A DNA stretch of 64,000 bases from Candidatus Undinarchaeota archaeon (GTDB lineage: Archaea; SpSt-1190; JASMDC01), in the NCBI GenBank assembly GCA_964519305.1, contig CAZFHY010000006.1, positions 1 through 64,000 of the forward strand, in the 5' to 3' direction. Below, piece after piece: positions 9,468 to 17,723 of the stretch; within the stretch, counting starts at the first letter, position 1; every line of letters begins with the position of its first letter. Position numbers and translations under genes: made by a program. The notes below the pieces were generated by a model. That model searched no databases, was not told the DNA's origin, and saw nothing but the letters and a program-made list of their open reading frames with translations.

Positions 9468-9602
9468 GGTATGAATAGCTCTGTAGACCCCCGAACGGAG
9501 TAACGAATACGTATGAGCGGGCCCGGGACATTGAGAATTACTGAATCTTGTTTCATTAACAATGGTACGCCCCTGTCCGCCCCCATGGACGCTGTCGGGA
9601 CG
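9468..9602. repeat. Copy of the intergenic repeat (leader + palindrome 9538-9560 + GC hairpin)
   Basis: GTATGAATAGCTCTGTAGACCCCCG...TTACTGAATCTTGTTTCATTAAC...CCCCTGTCCGCCCCCATGGACGC aligns with 7676-7769/7917-7958 and 14397-14524. Confidence 0.75.
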
Positions 9603-11279
9603 TCACCCCACGCACGAGATTGCCGGGTTCCCGCCCGCAGTGTCCAGCGTCCCCGCGCTGCTCCATTCGCTCCCGTCCCAGGTCGAGGCCTTGATACTGC
9701 CTCCGTCGTACACCACCATGCACGAGCTCGATGTCGTGCAGAAGACGTCGGGACGTTCACCAGTGCCCACCGTCGCCGCCGTCCCCCACGCGGCGCCGTT
9801 CCACGAGGCGGCCTTGACGCTGCTGCCCTCCATCCACGCGGCCATGCAGAAGGACGTCGTGGGGCAGGACACGAAGGGGTACCGATCATCGGCCCCGTTG
9901 TCGGTCAGCGCGCTGTCCGTGCTCCAGGCGGCGCCGTTCCACGTGGCGTAATGGATCTCGTTGTCCCCCCCGTTGTTCCCGTCCCAGGTGGCCATGCAGA
10001 AGGACGTCGTGGGACAGGACAGGTCGGGATCGTAGTCGTGGAACGCATTGTCGTTCATGATGGTCGCAGAGCCCCACGATGCGCCGTTCCACGCGAAGTA
10101 CGCGATCTCGTAGTCCCCGCTGCCCGGGTGCTTGGACCATATCGCCATGCAGGAGCTCGACGAGGGACAGGATACGGAGGACCGGTAATCGTTGTACGAG
10201 TTGTCGGTCAGCGCGGTGACGGAGCTCCACGAGGCGCCGTTCCACGAGGCGGCCCTGACATCGTAGCCCGGCGAGGCCATGGCCTCCCAGGTGAGCATGC
10301 AGGAGCTCGAGGAGGGGCAGGAGAGGGAGGGGTACTGATCAACGACCGCGTTGTCGGTGAGCGCGGTCTCGGCGCTCCAGGCGGCGCCGTTCCACGCGGA
10401 GTACTTGATCTCCGCGCCCCCCGCGGTGTATCCACCCCAGGTGACCATGCAGGAGGATGACGAGGCGCAGGATAGGGAGGAAATAAGGTCATTGTACCCG
10501 TTGTCGCTCACCGCGGCGGCCGTGCTCCAGGAGGCGCCGTTCCACGTGGCGGACATGATCTCTTCGTCGTTCCCGTCGGACTTCCACCAGGTGGCCATGC
10601 AGAATCCCGGCCCGGTGCCCGTGCCCGACCCCGTCCCGGTCCCGCTGCCACTGCCCGTCCCCGACCCGCCGCCGCCCGACGTCGCTGCGACCCCGCCCTC
10701 GATCTTGCCCGAGCACACGGCCGACTCGCTGTGGCCGCCGATGGCGTTGAACACGTCGTACGAGATCTTGACCTTGGCACGGTACACGCTCATCGCCTTC
10801 AGGTCGAGCATCCCCCTGCCCACGTCCTCCATGGAGAAGGTGGCCATCTCGCCCTCGGTGACGTTCTGCTCCTGGCAGCCTGAGTCGGTGTCGTCCGCGG
10901 TGTTGTAGTAGTCGCAGTCGTACCCGCGCTCGGACCATGTCACATGGACGCCCTCGGGGTACTCCACGTCGATGCCCCTGATGCGCAGGGTCTCTCCGGC
11001 ACCGTTCTGCACCCGTAGCTGGAACACGCTCTCGCGCTCGGTCTCTGACGACCACACGGTCCAGAGCCCGGCCGTACCGGTCCCGCGGAACAGGTGGTCC
11101 TTGTAGTGGATGTGATGGAACCCCACGCAGCCCTTCTTCTGGTAGGTGGAGGGGTTGAGGATGCCCATGGCGTACAGGGACGCTCCTGCGATGACCAGGA
11201 TGACCAAAAGCCACCCGTAGGTCATCAGGAACTCCATCGCTGCCTGTGCACGACCTGTCTTGAGTCTCACGAGGGCCAC
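9603..11279 (-). CDS. Class III signal-peptide (pilin-like) surface protein with a C-terminal repeat/beta-propeller domain
   Basis: RAQAAMEFLMTYGWLLVILVIAG; G/S/T linker; about six CMxxW...WNGAxWS...TDN repeats. Confidence 0.85.
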   Translation of the reverse strand: MALVRLKTGRAQAAMEFLMTYGWLLVILVIAGASLYAMGILNPSTYQKKGCVGFHHIHYKDHLFRGTGTAGLWTVWSSETERESVFQLRVQNGAGETLRIRGIDVEYPEGVHVTWSERGYDCDYYNTADDTDSGCQEQNVTEGEMATFSMEDVGRGMLDLKAMSVYRAKVKISYDVFNAIGGHSESAVCSGKIEGGVAATSGGGGSGTGSGSGTGTGSGTGTGPGFCMATWWKSDGNDEEIMSATWNGASWSTAAAVSDNGYNDLISSLSCASSSSCMVTWGGYTAGGAEIKYSAWNGAAWSAETALTDNAVVDQYPSLSCPSSSSCMLTWEAMASPGYDVRAASWNGASWSSVTALTDNSYNDYRSSVSCPSSSSCMAIWSKHPGSGDYEIAYFAWNGASWGSATIMNDNAFHDYDPDLSCPTTSFCMATWDGNNGGDNEIHYATWNGAAWSTDSALTDNGADDRYPFVSCPTTSFCMAAWMEGSSVKAASWNGAAWGTAATVGTGERPDVFCTTSSSCMVVYDGGSIKASTWDGSEWSSAGTLDTAGGNPAISCVG

Positions 11280-11355
11280 CTTCTCGCGGTATATTCAAGT
11301 CCCTCGGGATATAAAACATTTGCGCGAAACGCTCGCGCAACGGTGCGGCTACCGG

Positions 11356-11420
11356 GGATTGTAGTTTAGTACAGTAACACACGGACGCCCCAACAGCCCC
11401 CCTGGACGCGAAAGGGGCCG
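11356..11420. repeat. Degenerate palindrome + GC hairpin repeat copy
   Basis: TTTAGTACAGTAACACACGGACGCCCC...TGGACGCGAAAGGGGC. Confidence 0.75.
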
Positions 11421-11478
11421 CAACGTCGGACATCGCACCCGTCGGGGACAAAAGACAGGTCCCTCGTGCCAGTCCCCC

Positions 11479-11718
11479 TCATTCAGGCCAATCAGGCCAA
11501 CTGGCCTCGCCGCAGTTATACCTCACGCAGCGTGGGTAGCTCGAGCCGTCCGCCATGGTCTGCTCGAGGCAGAGTTTCTCGCATGGGGTCTGGGGTTTGT
11601 TCGCGGGCGCCGGGCCGGTCGCAGCCTGCTGCTGCATCTGGTAGAGCGTGTACACGTTGACCAGCAGGGAAAGTGCCGCCACCAGGAGCACGATGCGCAG
11701 GAGGGTCCGATCGTCCAT
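11479..11718 (-). CDS. Small single-TM PAN-motif protein with a Cys-containing tail
   Basis: MDDRTLLRIVLLVAALSLLVNVYTLYQM...PAPANK; paralogous to the 21084-21625 peptides. Confidence 0.75.
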   Translation of the reverse strand: MDDRTLLRIVLLVAALSLLVNVYTLYQMQQQAATGPAPANKPQTPCEKLCLEQTMADGSSYPRCVRYNCGEASWPDWPE

Positions 11719-11778
11719 GCAGGGCCGAATGCCCAGTAGCTATTTAACAATAGCTAGAGCGGCCCCCCTGCCCCGCCC

Positions 11779-11810
11779 ACCTGCAGCCCCCCTGGACGCG
11801 TAAGGGGCAC
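11779..11810. repeat. GC hairpin repeat copy
   Basis: CTGCAGCCCCC...TGGACGCGTAAGGGGCAC. Confidence 0.7.
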
Positions 11811-11890
11811 TACTGTCACATGAATATGACAAAAAAAGGCCTATACCGTCCAGTCTATAAGACAGCTATATAAATAGAAAAAGACATAGT

Positions 11891-13225
11891 ATGTACATGG
11901 AGCTCATCGACCGGATCGCCCGGTGGAACCCGTGGTGGTCGGAGCGGTGTGTGGACCCCGCGCTCCTCGGCACGGAGCGGGAGGTGGAGGACATCCTCGC
12001 CGCGACCGGTGAGCTCAGGCATATCAAGGACATCATCGGGGTCAGGCGCTCGGGGAAGACGACGGTCCTCCTCCGGACGGTCCAGCGCGCCATCGACGCG
12101 GGCGTCGATCCGCGGGACATCGTGTTCCTCAACTTCGACGACGCCGTCCTTGCGGGAGCGACGTTCGAGGAGCTGGACGACGCGGTCTTCCAGCACAACC
12201 CCGACACGTCGCACATGCTCGTCGACGAGGTGCAGCAGAAAGCGGGATGGGAACGGTGGATGCGGACCCTCCACGACCTGAGGCGGCTCGAGCAGGTCTT
12301 CGTCTCCGGATCGTCCTCGTCCCTGCTCTCCCGGGAGCTCGGTCGCACCCTGACGGGAAGGCACGTCAGCTGTACCGTGCACCCCTTCTCGTTCAGGGAG
12401 TACCTCTGCCATATCGGATGGGATGACCTCTCCCCGGAGCGGTTGCGGGCGGAGAGGGACAGGGTGCAGCACCACCTGGCCCGGTACCTGGAGTACGGGG
12501 GGTTCCCGGAGACGGTGGGCAGGGGCGATCTCTCCAGGAGGATGCTGCTCCTGGACGTGTTCAAGGACATCATGTCCCGTGACGTCGCATCGCGGCACGA
12601 CGCCGAGGCGGACAAGCTCGAGCGCGTGGCGACCTGGCTTTTAACGAACGCCGGCAAGGAGTACACGCTCAGGAGCGTGTCGAGGGCGACGGGTGTGTCG
12701 GTGGCGAGCGTCGAGCGCTACATCTCCCATCTCAAGGAGGCGTTCCTGGTGCTCGAGCTCGAGCTCTTCACCTACAAGCTCAAGACCCGGTTCAGGGCGA
12801 ACAAGAAGGTCTACTGCATCGATACCGGCCTCCGCAACACCGCCTCGCTCCGCTTCTCGTCGGACATGGGGCGTCTTGCAGAGAACGCGCTCTTCCTGGA
12901 GCTGGTCAGGGACCCCTGGAGGAGGGTCTTCTACTGGAAGAGCAGGACGTCCGAGGTGGACTTCGTGGTAACCGACCGTGGGTACACCGTCGAGGAGCTC
13001 GTCCAGGTGTGCTGGGATGTGCGCGATGACGACACGCGGGCGCGGGAGGTGAAGGGTCTTCTCGAGGCGATGCGACTATTCGGGAAGGACGAGGGGACGA
13101 TCGTCACGCGTGACCGCGAGGCAGTGGAGGACGTGGGGGGGATGACCGTCCGCTTCGTACCGCTGTGGAAGCGGTTGCTGGTGCGCGCGAAGGAGAGCGG
13201 ACCGTCGACCGATGTTCGTAGGTAA
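11891..13225 (+). CDS. AAA+ ATPase, AAA_14/DUF4143 family
   Basis: GVRRSGKTT, VDEVQ, SGSSS, LTGR, YGGFPE, KVYCIDTG, SEVDFV. Confidence 0.92.
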   Translation: MYMELIDRIARWNPWWSERCVDPALLGTEREVEDILAATGELRHIKDIIGVRRSGKTTVLLRTVQRAIDAGVDPRDIVFLNFDDAVLAGATFEELDDAVFQHNPDTSHMLVDEVQQKAGWERWMRTLHDLRRLEQVFVSGSSSSLLSRELGRTLTGRHVSCTVHPFSFREYLCHIGWDDLSPERLRAERDRVQHHLARYLEYGGFPETVGRGDLSRRMLLLDVFKDIMSRDVASRHDAEADKLERVATWLLTNAGKEYTLRSVSRATGVSVASVERYISHLKEAFLVLELELFTYKLKTRFRANKKVYCIDTGLRNTASLRFSSDMGRLAENALFLELVRDPWRRVFYWKSRTSEVDFVVTDRGYTVEELVQVCWDVRDDDTRAREVKGLLEAMRLFGKDEGTIVTRDREAVEDVGGMTVRFVPLWKRLLVRAKESGPSTDVRR

Positions 13226-13266
13226 GGACGCTCCTGTCCGCCCCCATGTACGCGAAAGGGGCGCCC
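13226..13266. repeat. GC hairpin repeat copy
   Basis: GACGCTCCTGTCCGCCCCCATGTACGCGAAAGGGGCGCCC. Confidence 0.75.
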
Positions 13267-13321
13267 GTGTCAACGATACTTTCACCGGGACTACCGCTCG
13301 CGCAACGGTAGCGGCGACGAC

Positions 13322-13750
13322 CTACTCAGTAGCGGACGTCCCTTCCAAGAGCTCGAGCAGCCGGGGAGCGTGCTCGATGTAGAACGCCCTGATGTCCTCG
13401 GCGTCCCTGGCCGATACCGTCCTTCCGTAGTACTTGGAGGCGTTCCTGCGCCGGCGGTAGCGGTCGATCCGGGCGACGGTACCCTCGGACACCCCCTTCG
13501 TTCTCAGATAGGCGATGGCCGCCTCGTGCGAGTAGGTCTTGTACCCGTCCCGGGCCAGAAGGGCATCACAGACCTCGCGCAGGCAGTCGTAGAGGTTCTC
13601 GAACACCAGCATCGCGAACCTGCTAGTGTCGAGGGCCAGTGCCATCCCGCACCGCGACCCCACGTCCTTCTCAAGCGACCGGGCGAGCGATGGGTCCGAC
13701 GCCACTTTCCGGACCTTTCCCTGCCTGAGGTAGAGCTCGAAGTCCTTCAG
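13322..13750 (-). CDS. HEPN-domain protein; probable CTG start overlapping the MNT stop
   Basis: YDCLRE..DALL..DGYKTYSHEAAIAYL...RRRRNASKYYG; frame open back to (L)KDFELYLRQGKVRK. Confidence 0.8.
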   Translation of the reverse strand: MKDFELYLRQGKVRKVASDPSLARSLEKDVGSRCGMALALDTSRFAMLVFENLYDCLREVCDALLARDGYKTYSHEAAIAYLRTKGVSEGTVARIDRYRRRRNASKYYGRTVSARDAEDIRAFYIEHAPRLLELLEGTSATE

Positions 13751-14265
13751 AGAGACAGCCTCCCGTGGACGACGATGCCGTTGGCGAGGTTCTCGGTGAA
13801 CTCGTCCGACACAGTTCCCTTCTCGACGACCAGGAGGTGGACGCTCCTCTTGAGGACCGCTTCGAACGTCCCGAGGTCGGGATGCTCGTCCGACGAGGTG
13901 ACGACGGCGATGTCGATATCGCTCTCCGACCAGTCCTCGCCCCGGGAGTAGCTGCCGATGAGCACGACCGCCTCCGGATCGTCGTAGAACGCGACGAGGT
14001 GATCGACAAGACCGCTCGAGTAGAGCCTGCCGATGTTGTCGAGCTGCTTGGCGCGCCGGTACCTTGTCGAGCCGGTCCCGGCCCGTATCTCCACGAGGTG
14101 CTTCCGACGCTCCCTGGCCACGATGCCCTCTTCTTCCAGCCGGTCCACGACCGTGGATACGGTGTTGGGGTTCAGGCCGGTGGCGCGGGCCAGCTCCCGC
14201 AGGTGATACCGATATTCCGGTCTATCGAACAGTGCCTTGAGCACCTGCGATCTACTGTCTGACAT
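13747..14265 (-). CDS. wHTH + minimal nucleotidyltransferase antitoxin
   Basis: YHLRELARATGL HTH; LIGSYSRGEDWSESDIDIAV; start re-assigned to MSDSRSQ. Confidence 0.88.
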   Translation of the reverse strand: MSDSRSQVLKALFDRPEYRYHLRELARATGLNPNTVSTVVDRLEEEGIVARERRKHLVEIRAGTGSTRYRRAKQLDNIGRLYSSGLVDHLVAFYDDPEAVVLIGSYSRGEDWSESDIDIAVVTSSDEHPDLGTFEAVLKRSVHLLVVEKGTVSDEFTENLANGIVVHGRLSL

Positions 14266-14367
14266 ATTATACGCCTGTATAATATATTCTACAGTTGTAT
14301 AAATAATTATCCCTTCTCCTCCCGAGGTGCGGTCGTCACATACCAACCGTGGCCCCGTCCTTCCGCA

Positions 14368-14530
14368 CATCCCTACTGTATCATAGTGCACTGATAGTAT
14401 GAGAAGCTCTGTACACTCCCCGGCGGGGTAACATGAACGTATAAGCCGGACACAGAAAATTACTGTACTTTAGTTCAGTAACACACGGACGCTCCTGTAC
14501 GCCACCATGGACGCTGTCGGGGCACCGACG
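14368..14530. repeat. Intergenic repeat copy A (first 121 bp near-identical to 15470-15590, then GC hairpin)
   Basis: Direct sequence comparison, 1 mismatch; palindrome at 14460-14482. Confidence 0.92.
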
Positions 14531-14552
14531 TCAGGATAACGGATTCTCGTCC

Positions 14553-15041
14553 CTATCCGAGCAAGGAGCGCATCTCGCTCTTTCGGAACCTGAACGAATC
14601 CTCGCTCTCAAGCTCCCTGACGATCCGCTCCATTTCAGGGCGCTCCACGAATCCAGCATCGTGACATGCCAGCAGGAACGAGAACGTGTCTATCACATTA
14701 ACACCGTGCGACCGTGCGGCCTTCATCGCCGCCTTGTCGTTCATGAGCAGGGACGCATCCCTTTCGACGGCCAACGAGATCGCTTCCCGCTCACCCTCTC
14801 CCAGCGGAAGGTTCGTGATGCTCTTGTTCGCCCTTTGCACGAGGAGCGGTCTCTTCATGGTGGCTTCCTCCTCGGAGAACGCCAGAAGGTCATGGTGCTC
14901 CTCAAAGAAGTCCGTCCTGTCGATCTCCTTCAGGACGGCCAGTGGTATGATGACGGACGTGCATCGGAAGAAGGCCAGGATAAGCTCCAGTCTGTTGATC
15001 TTGATGAACGTGCTGAGAAAATCCGTATCGATAACGATCAC
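14553..15041 (-). CDS. PIN-domain toxin (DUF3368-like)
   Basis: IVIDTDFL, LGEGEREAISLA, LLMNDKAA. Confidence 0.88.
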   Translation of the reverse strand: MIVIDTDFLSTFIKINRLELILAFFRCTSVIIPLAVLKEIDRTDFFEEHHDLLAFSEEEATMKRPLLVQRANKSITNLPLGEGEREAISLAVERDASLLMNDKAAMKAARSHGVNVIDTFSFLLACHDAGFVERPEMERIVRELESEDSFRFRKSEMRSLLG

Positions 15042-15385
15042 TTCTTGGACCTTCCCGCGACGGTCATCGCGTGCCTTACCATCTCCTCCATCTCCGCGGC
15101 CGATCCGCCCACCTTTCTCGCGATCCCCCGTTCATGGAGCATGTCCTTCATCTCCTCGATGCTCACGTCGGCTATCTCCGAGGCCTTCCCCAGCGAGATC
15201 TCCTCCTTGTCGTAGAGCGCGCAGGCCAGGGCGGACCTGACGTCCCGCCTCGCCGCCAGTAGGGTGCGGATCGCATCGCGGATGAACTCGCTCTTGTTAT
15301 CGTAGTAGCCCGTGCTCGCAACGACGTCCAGTTCCTTCTTCATCAGCGGGGGGAGCGTGAAGCTCACGGTCATGCTTGCCATCAT
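15038..15385 (-). CDS. RHH + UPF0175 antitoxin
   Basis: GYYDNKSEFIRDAIR; ISLGKASEIA; operator-like CAATACT-AC-AGTATTG just upstream. Confidence 0.85.
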   Translation of the reverse strand: MMASMTVSFTLPPLMKKELDVVASTGYYDNKSEFIRDAIRTLLAARRDVRSALACALYDKEEISLGKASEIADVSIEEMKDMLHERGIARKVGGSAAEMEEMVRHAMTVAGRSKK

Positions 15386-15469
15386 ATCACCAATACTACA
15401 GTATTGTTGTGGTAATATATTAACCTGTCGACCACCGTCCGATGGTGTCGGTGTCCCCTGTCTGGCGCG

Positions 15470-15630
15470 CATCCCTACTGTATCATAGTGCACTGATAGT
15501 ATGAGAAGCTCTGTACACTCCCCGGCGGGGTAACATGAACGTATAAGCCGGACACAGAAAATTACTGTACTTTAGTACAGTAACACACGGTCGCTTCTGC
15601 AGCCACCACGGACGCGGAAGGGGCACCCGT
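15470..15630. repeat. Intergenic repeat copy B
   Basis: 121-bp match to 14368-14488; palindrome 15562-15584; GGACGCGGAAGGGGCAC hairpin. Confidence 0.92.
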
Positions 15631-15642
15631 GACGACGGACCT

Positions 15643-17235
15643 CTACGATATGGTGAACTTCTGCACCCGGTCGTTGCCTATTTCGACCACGTACGCGACA
15701 CTGTTCCCCGAGACCACCACGTCGTTGGGGCCGTTGAGCTCGCCGTCGCCGCTGCCGGATGCGCCCGTCCTCCCGGACCCGGGGTCGTGCCAGCCGGTCC
15801 CGCCCTGGTCGTCCTTTCCCCACCAGCCCAGGAAGGTACCGCTCGTGTCGAACACCTGGATGCGGTGATTGCCCCGGTCCGCCACGTACACACGGTCGCT
15901 GGTGTCGATATGGATGCCCCACGGGGCGGAGAACTCGCCGTCGCCGGTGCCTGAGGCGCCGCCCGTCCTCCCGGACCCGGGCGCGTGCCAGCCGGTCCCG
16001 CCCTGGTCGTCCTTGCCCCACCAGCCCAGGAAGGTGCCGTCGGACGTGAACTTCTGGACACGGTGGGTACTTCCCACCACGTACACGTTGCCGCTGGAGT
16101 CGACGGCGATGCCCAGGGGGAGAGAGAACTGGCCGTCGCCGGTGCCCGACGAGCCCCACTTGATGACGTAGACGCCCGCAGTGGTGAGTTTCTGGATGCG
16201 ATTGTTATACCGATCGGTCACGTACACGTTGCCGCTGCCGTCGAGGACCACGTCGGTGGGCCCGTTCAGATCACCGTCACCGCTTCCCTCAGCGCCCCAC
16301 GTCCGCACGAAGGCGCCAGCGGAGGTGAACACCTGGACGCGATCGTTCCTGATATCCGCCACGTACACGTCCCCGTTCCCGTCGACGTCGAGCCCGAAGG
16401 CACCCTCGAACTCGCCGTTGCCGCTACCCTGCGAGCCCCATTTCCGCAGGAAGGTGCCGTCGGAGTCGAACACCTGGATGCGCTCGTTATCATAGTCGCC
16501 CACGTGCACGTTCCCGCTCCCGTCCAGGGCCAGGTAGAGCGGCGAATCGAACTGACCGTCGCCCGTACCGGTCGAGCCCCACTTGCCCGCGTAGGTCGCC
16601 GACGAACCGCTGCCCGTACCACTGCCGCTGCCCGAGGTGCTTGCGCTCCCGCCCTCGATCTTTCCCGAGCACACCGCCACCTCGGAGTGGTCGGCCAGCG
16701 CGTTGAACGCGTCGAATGTCACCTTGACCTTCATGCGGTACACGGTCCCGTGGCGCAGGTCGAGCGTGCCTCGGCCCACGTCCTCCATGGACAGTGTCGT
16801 TACCTCGGCCTCGGACACGTTCTGCTCCTGGCATCCTGAGTCGGTGTCGTCGGCGGTGTTGTAGTAGTCGCAGTCATAGCCCCGTTCGGACCAGGTGACG
16901 TGCACGCCCACAGGGTACTCCACGTCCACGCCCCTGATACGCAGGGTCTCTCCGGCGCCGTTCTGCACCCGCAGCTGGAACACGCTCTCGCGCTCGGTCT
17001 CACTTGACCACACGGTCCACAGCCCGGTCTCTCCGGTGCCCCGGAACTTGTGGTCCTTGTAGTGGACCTTCTCGAAGCCCACGCACCCGGTCTTCATGTA
17101 GGTGGAGGGGCTGAGGATGCCCATGGCGTACAGTGCAGCGCCCGCTATGACAAGGATGACCAAAAGCCACCCGTAGCTCATGAGGAACTCCATCGCTGCC
17201 TGTGCGCGCCTGTCCTGTGCTCTCAATACTGCCAC
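15643..17235 (-). CDS. Class III signal-peptide (pilin-like) protein with a C-terminal NHL-repeat beta-propeller
   Basis: N-terminal ~195 aa paralogous to 9603..11279; GDGQF..P.GIAVD..GNVYV.D..N.RIQ NHL repeats. Confidence 0.88.
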   Translation of the reverse strand: MAVLRAQDRRAQAAMEFLMSYGWLLVILVIAGAALYAMGILSPSTYMKTGCVGFEKVHYKDHKFRGTGETGLWTVWSSETERESVFQLRVQNGAGETLRIRGVDVEYPVGVHVTWSERGYDCDYYNTADDTDSGCQEQNVSEAEVTTLSMEDVGRGTLDLRHGTVYRMKVKVTFDAFNALADHSEVAVCSGKIEGGSASTSGSGSGTGSGSSATYAGKWGSTGTGDGQFDSPLYLALDGSGNVHVGDYDNERIQVFDSDGTFLRKWGSQGSGNGEFEGAFGLDVDGNGDVYVADIRNDRVQVFTSAGAFVRTWGAEGSGDGDLNGPTDVVLDGSGNVYVTDRYNNRIQKLTTAGVYVIKWGSSGTGDGQFSLPLGIAVDSSGNVYVVGSTHRVQKFTSDGTFLGWWGKDDQGGTGWHAPGSGRTGGASGTGDGEFSAPWGIHIDTSDRVYVADRGNHRIQVFDTSGTFLGWWGKDDQGGTGWHDPGSGRTGASGSGDGELNGPNDVVVSGNSVAYVVEIGNDRVQKFTIS

Positions 17236-17315
17236 CGGTTCTCGCAGGGATGGTTAGGCGCTCGGGGTTTAAAACACTTGCTTGAAACGGTCGCGCAACG
17301 GTGGGTGGACCGACG

Positions 17316-17669
17316 TCAGGTCTCGCGACAGTCGGGCGTACCGTCCCCGTCCGTGTCGACGGTGTCGTCGTTACCGGGACAGATGTCGCACCCGTCAGGG
17401 ATGCTGTCACCGTCCAGGTCGAGATAGTCGTCATGACCCGGGCAGACGTCGCACGCGTCAGGTACGCTGTCACCGTCCGTGTCCATCCCGTCAGAGAACT
17501 GATCGATGCACGCGTCACGCCAGGAGTTCGCGGGCGCCACCGTCCCGTCGATGTCCGGGGGCGTCATCTGGACGTACGCGACGGCCACCACGAACGCCAC
17601 CAGGAACAGTCCCATGAGCGCGTAAACGAGATGGAGGTGGTCATCCGCGGCGTCGATGGTGGCGTCCAT
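17316..17669 (-). CDS. Single-TM PAN-motif protein with thrombospondin type-3-like Ca-binding repeats
   Basis: TM helix, VAPANSW, three DxDGDxxPDxC repeats. Confidence 0.78.
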   Translation of the reverse strand: MDATIDAADDHLHLVYALMGLFLVAFVVAVAYVQMTPPDIDGTVAPANSWRDACIDQFSDGMDTDGDSVPDACDVCPGHDDYLDLDGDSIPDGCDICPGNDDTVDTDGDGTPDCRET

Positions 17670-17723
17670 GGGCGATGAAAGGGGCCACAGTTATTTATGG
17701 GTATTGATGGCTGCCCGCCAGCC

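Noticed and set aside
13227-13266. Hammerhead ribozyme in the GC hairpin (GCGAAA)
   Set aside because: No CUGANGA core present
14266-15493. MHYDTVGM N-terminal extensions of the two antitoxin ORFs
   Set aside because: They arise from the 121-bp non-coding repeat; real starts are 14265 and 15385
7256-15642. Classical integron with attC sites
   Set aside because: The repeats contain TAAC but I could not find paired RYYYAAC/GTTRRRY boxes, and the integrase shows no evident IntI-specific insertion
9603-17235. Diversity-generating retroelement acting on the pilin pair
   Set aside because: No reverse transcriptase in the window and no template/variable repeat pair with adenine-specific differences seen
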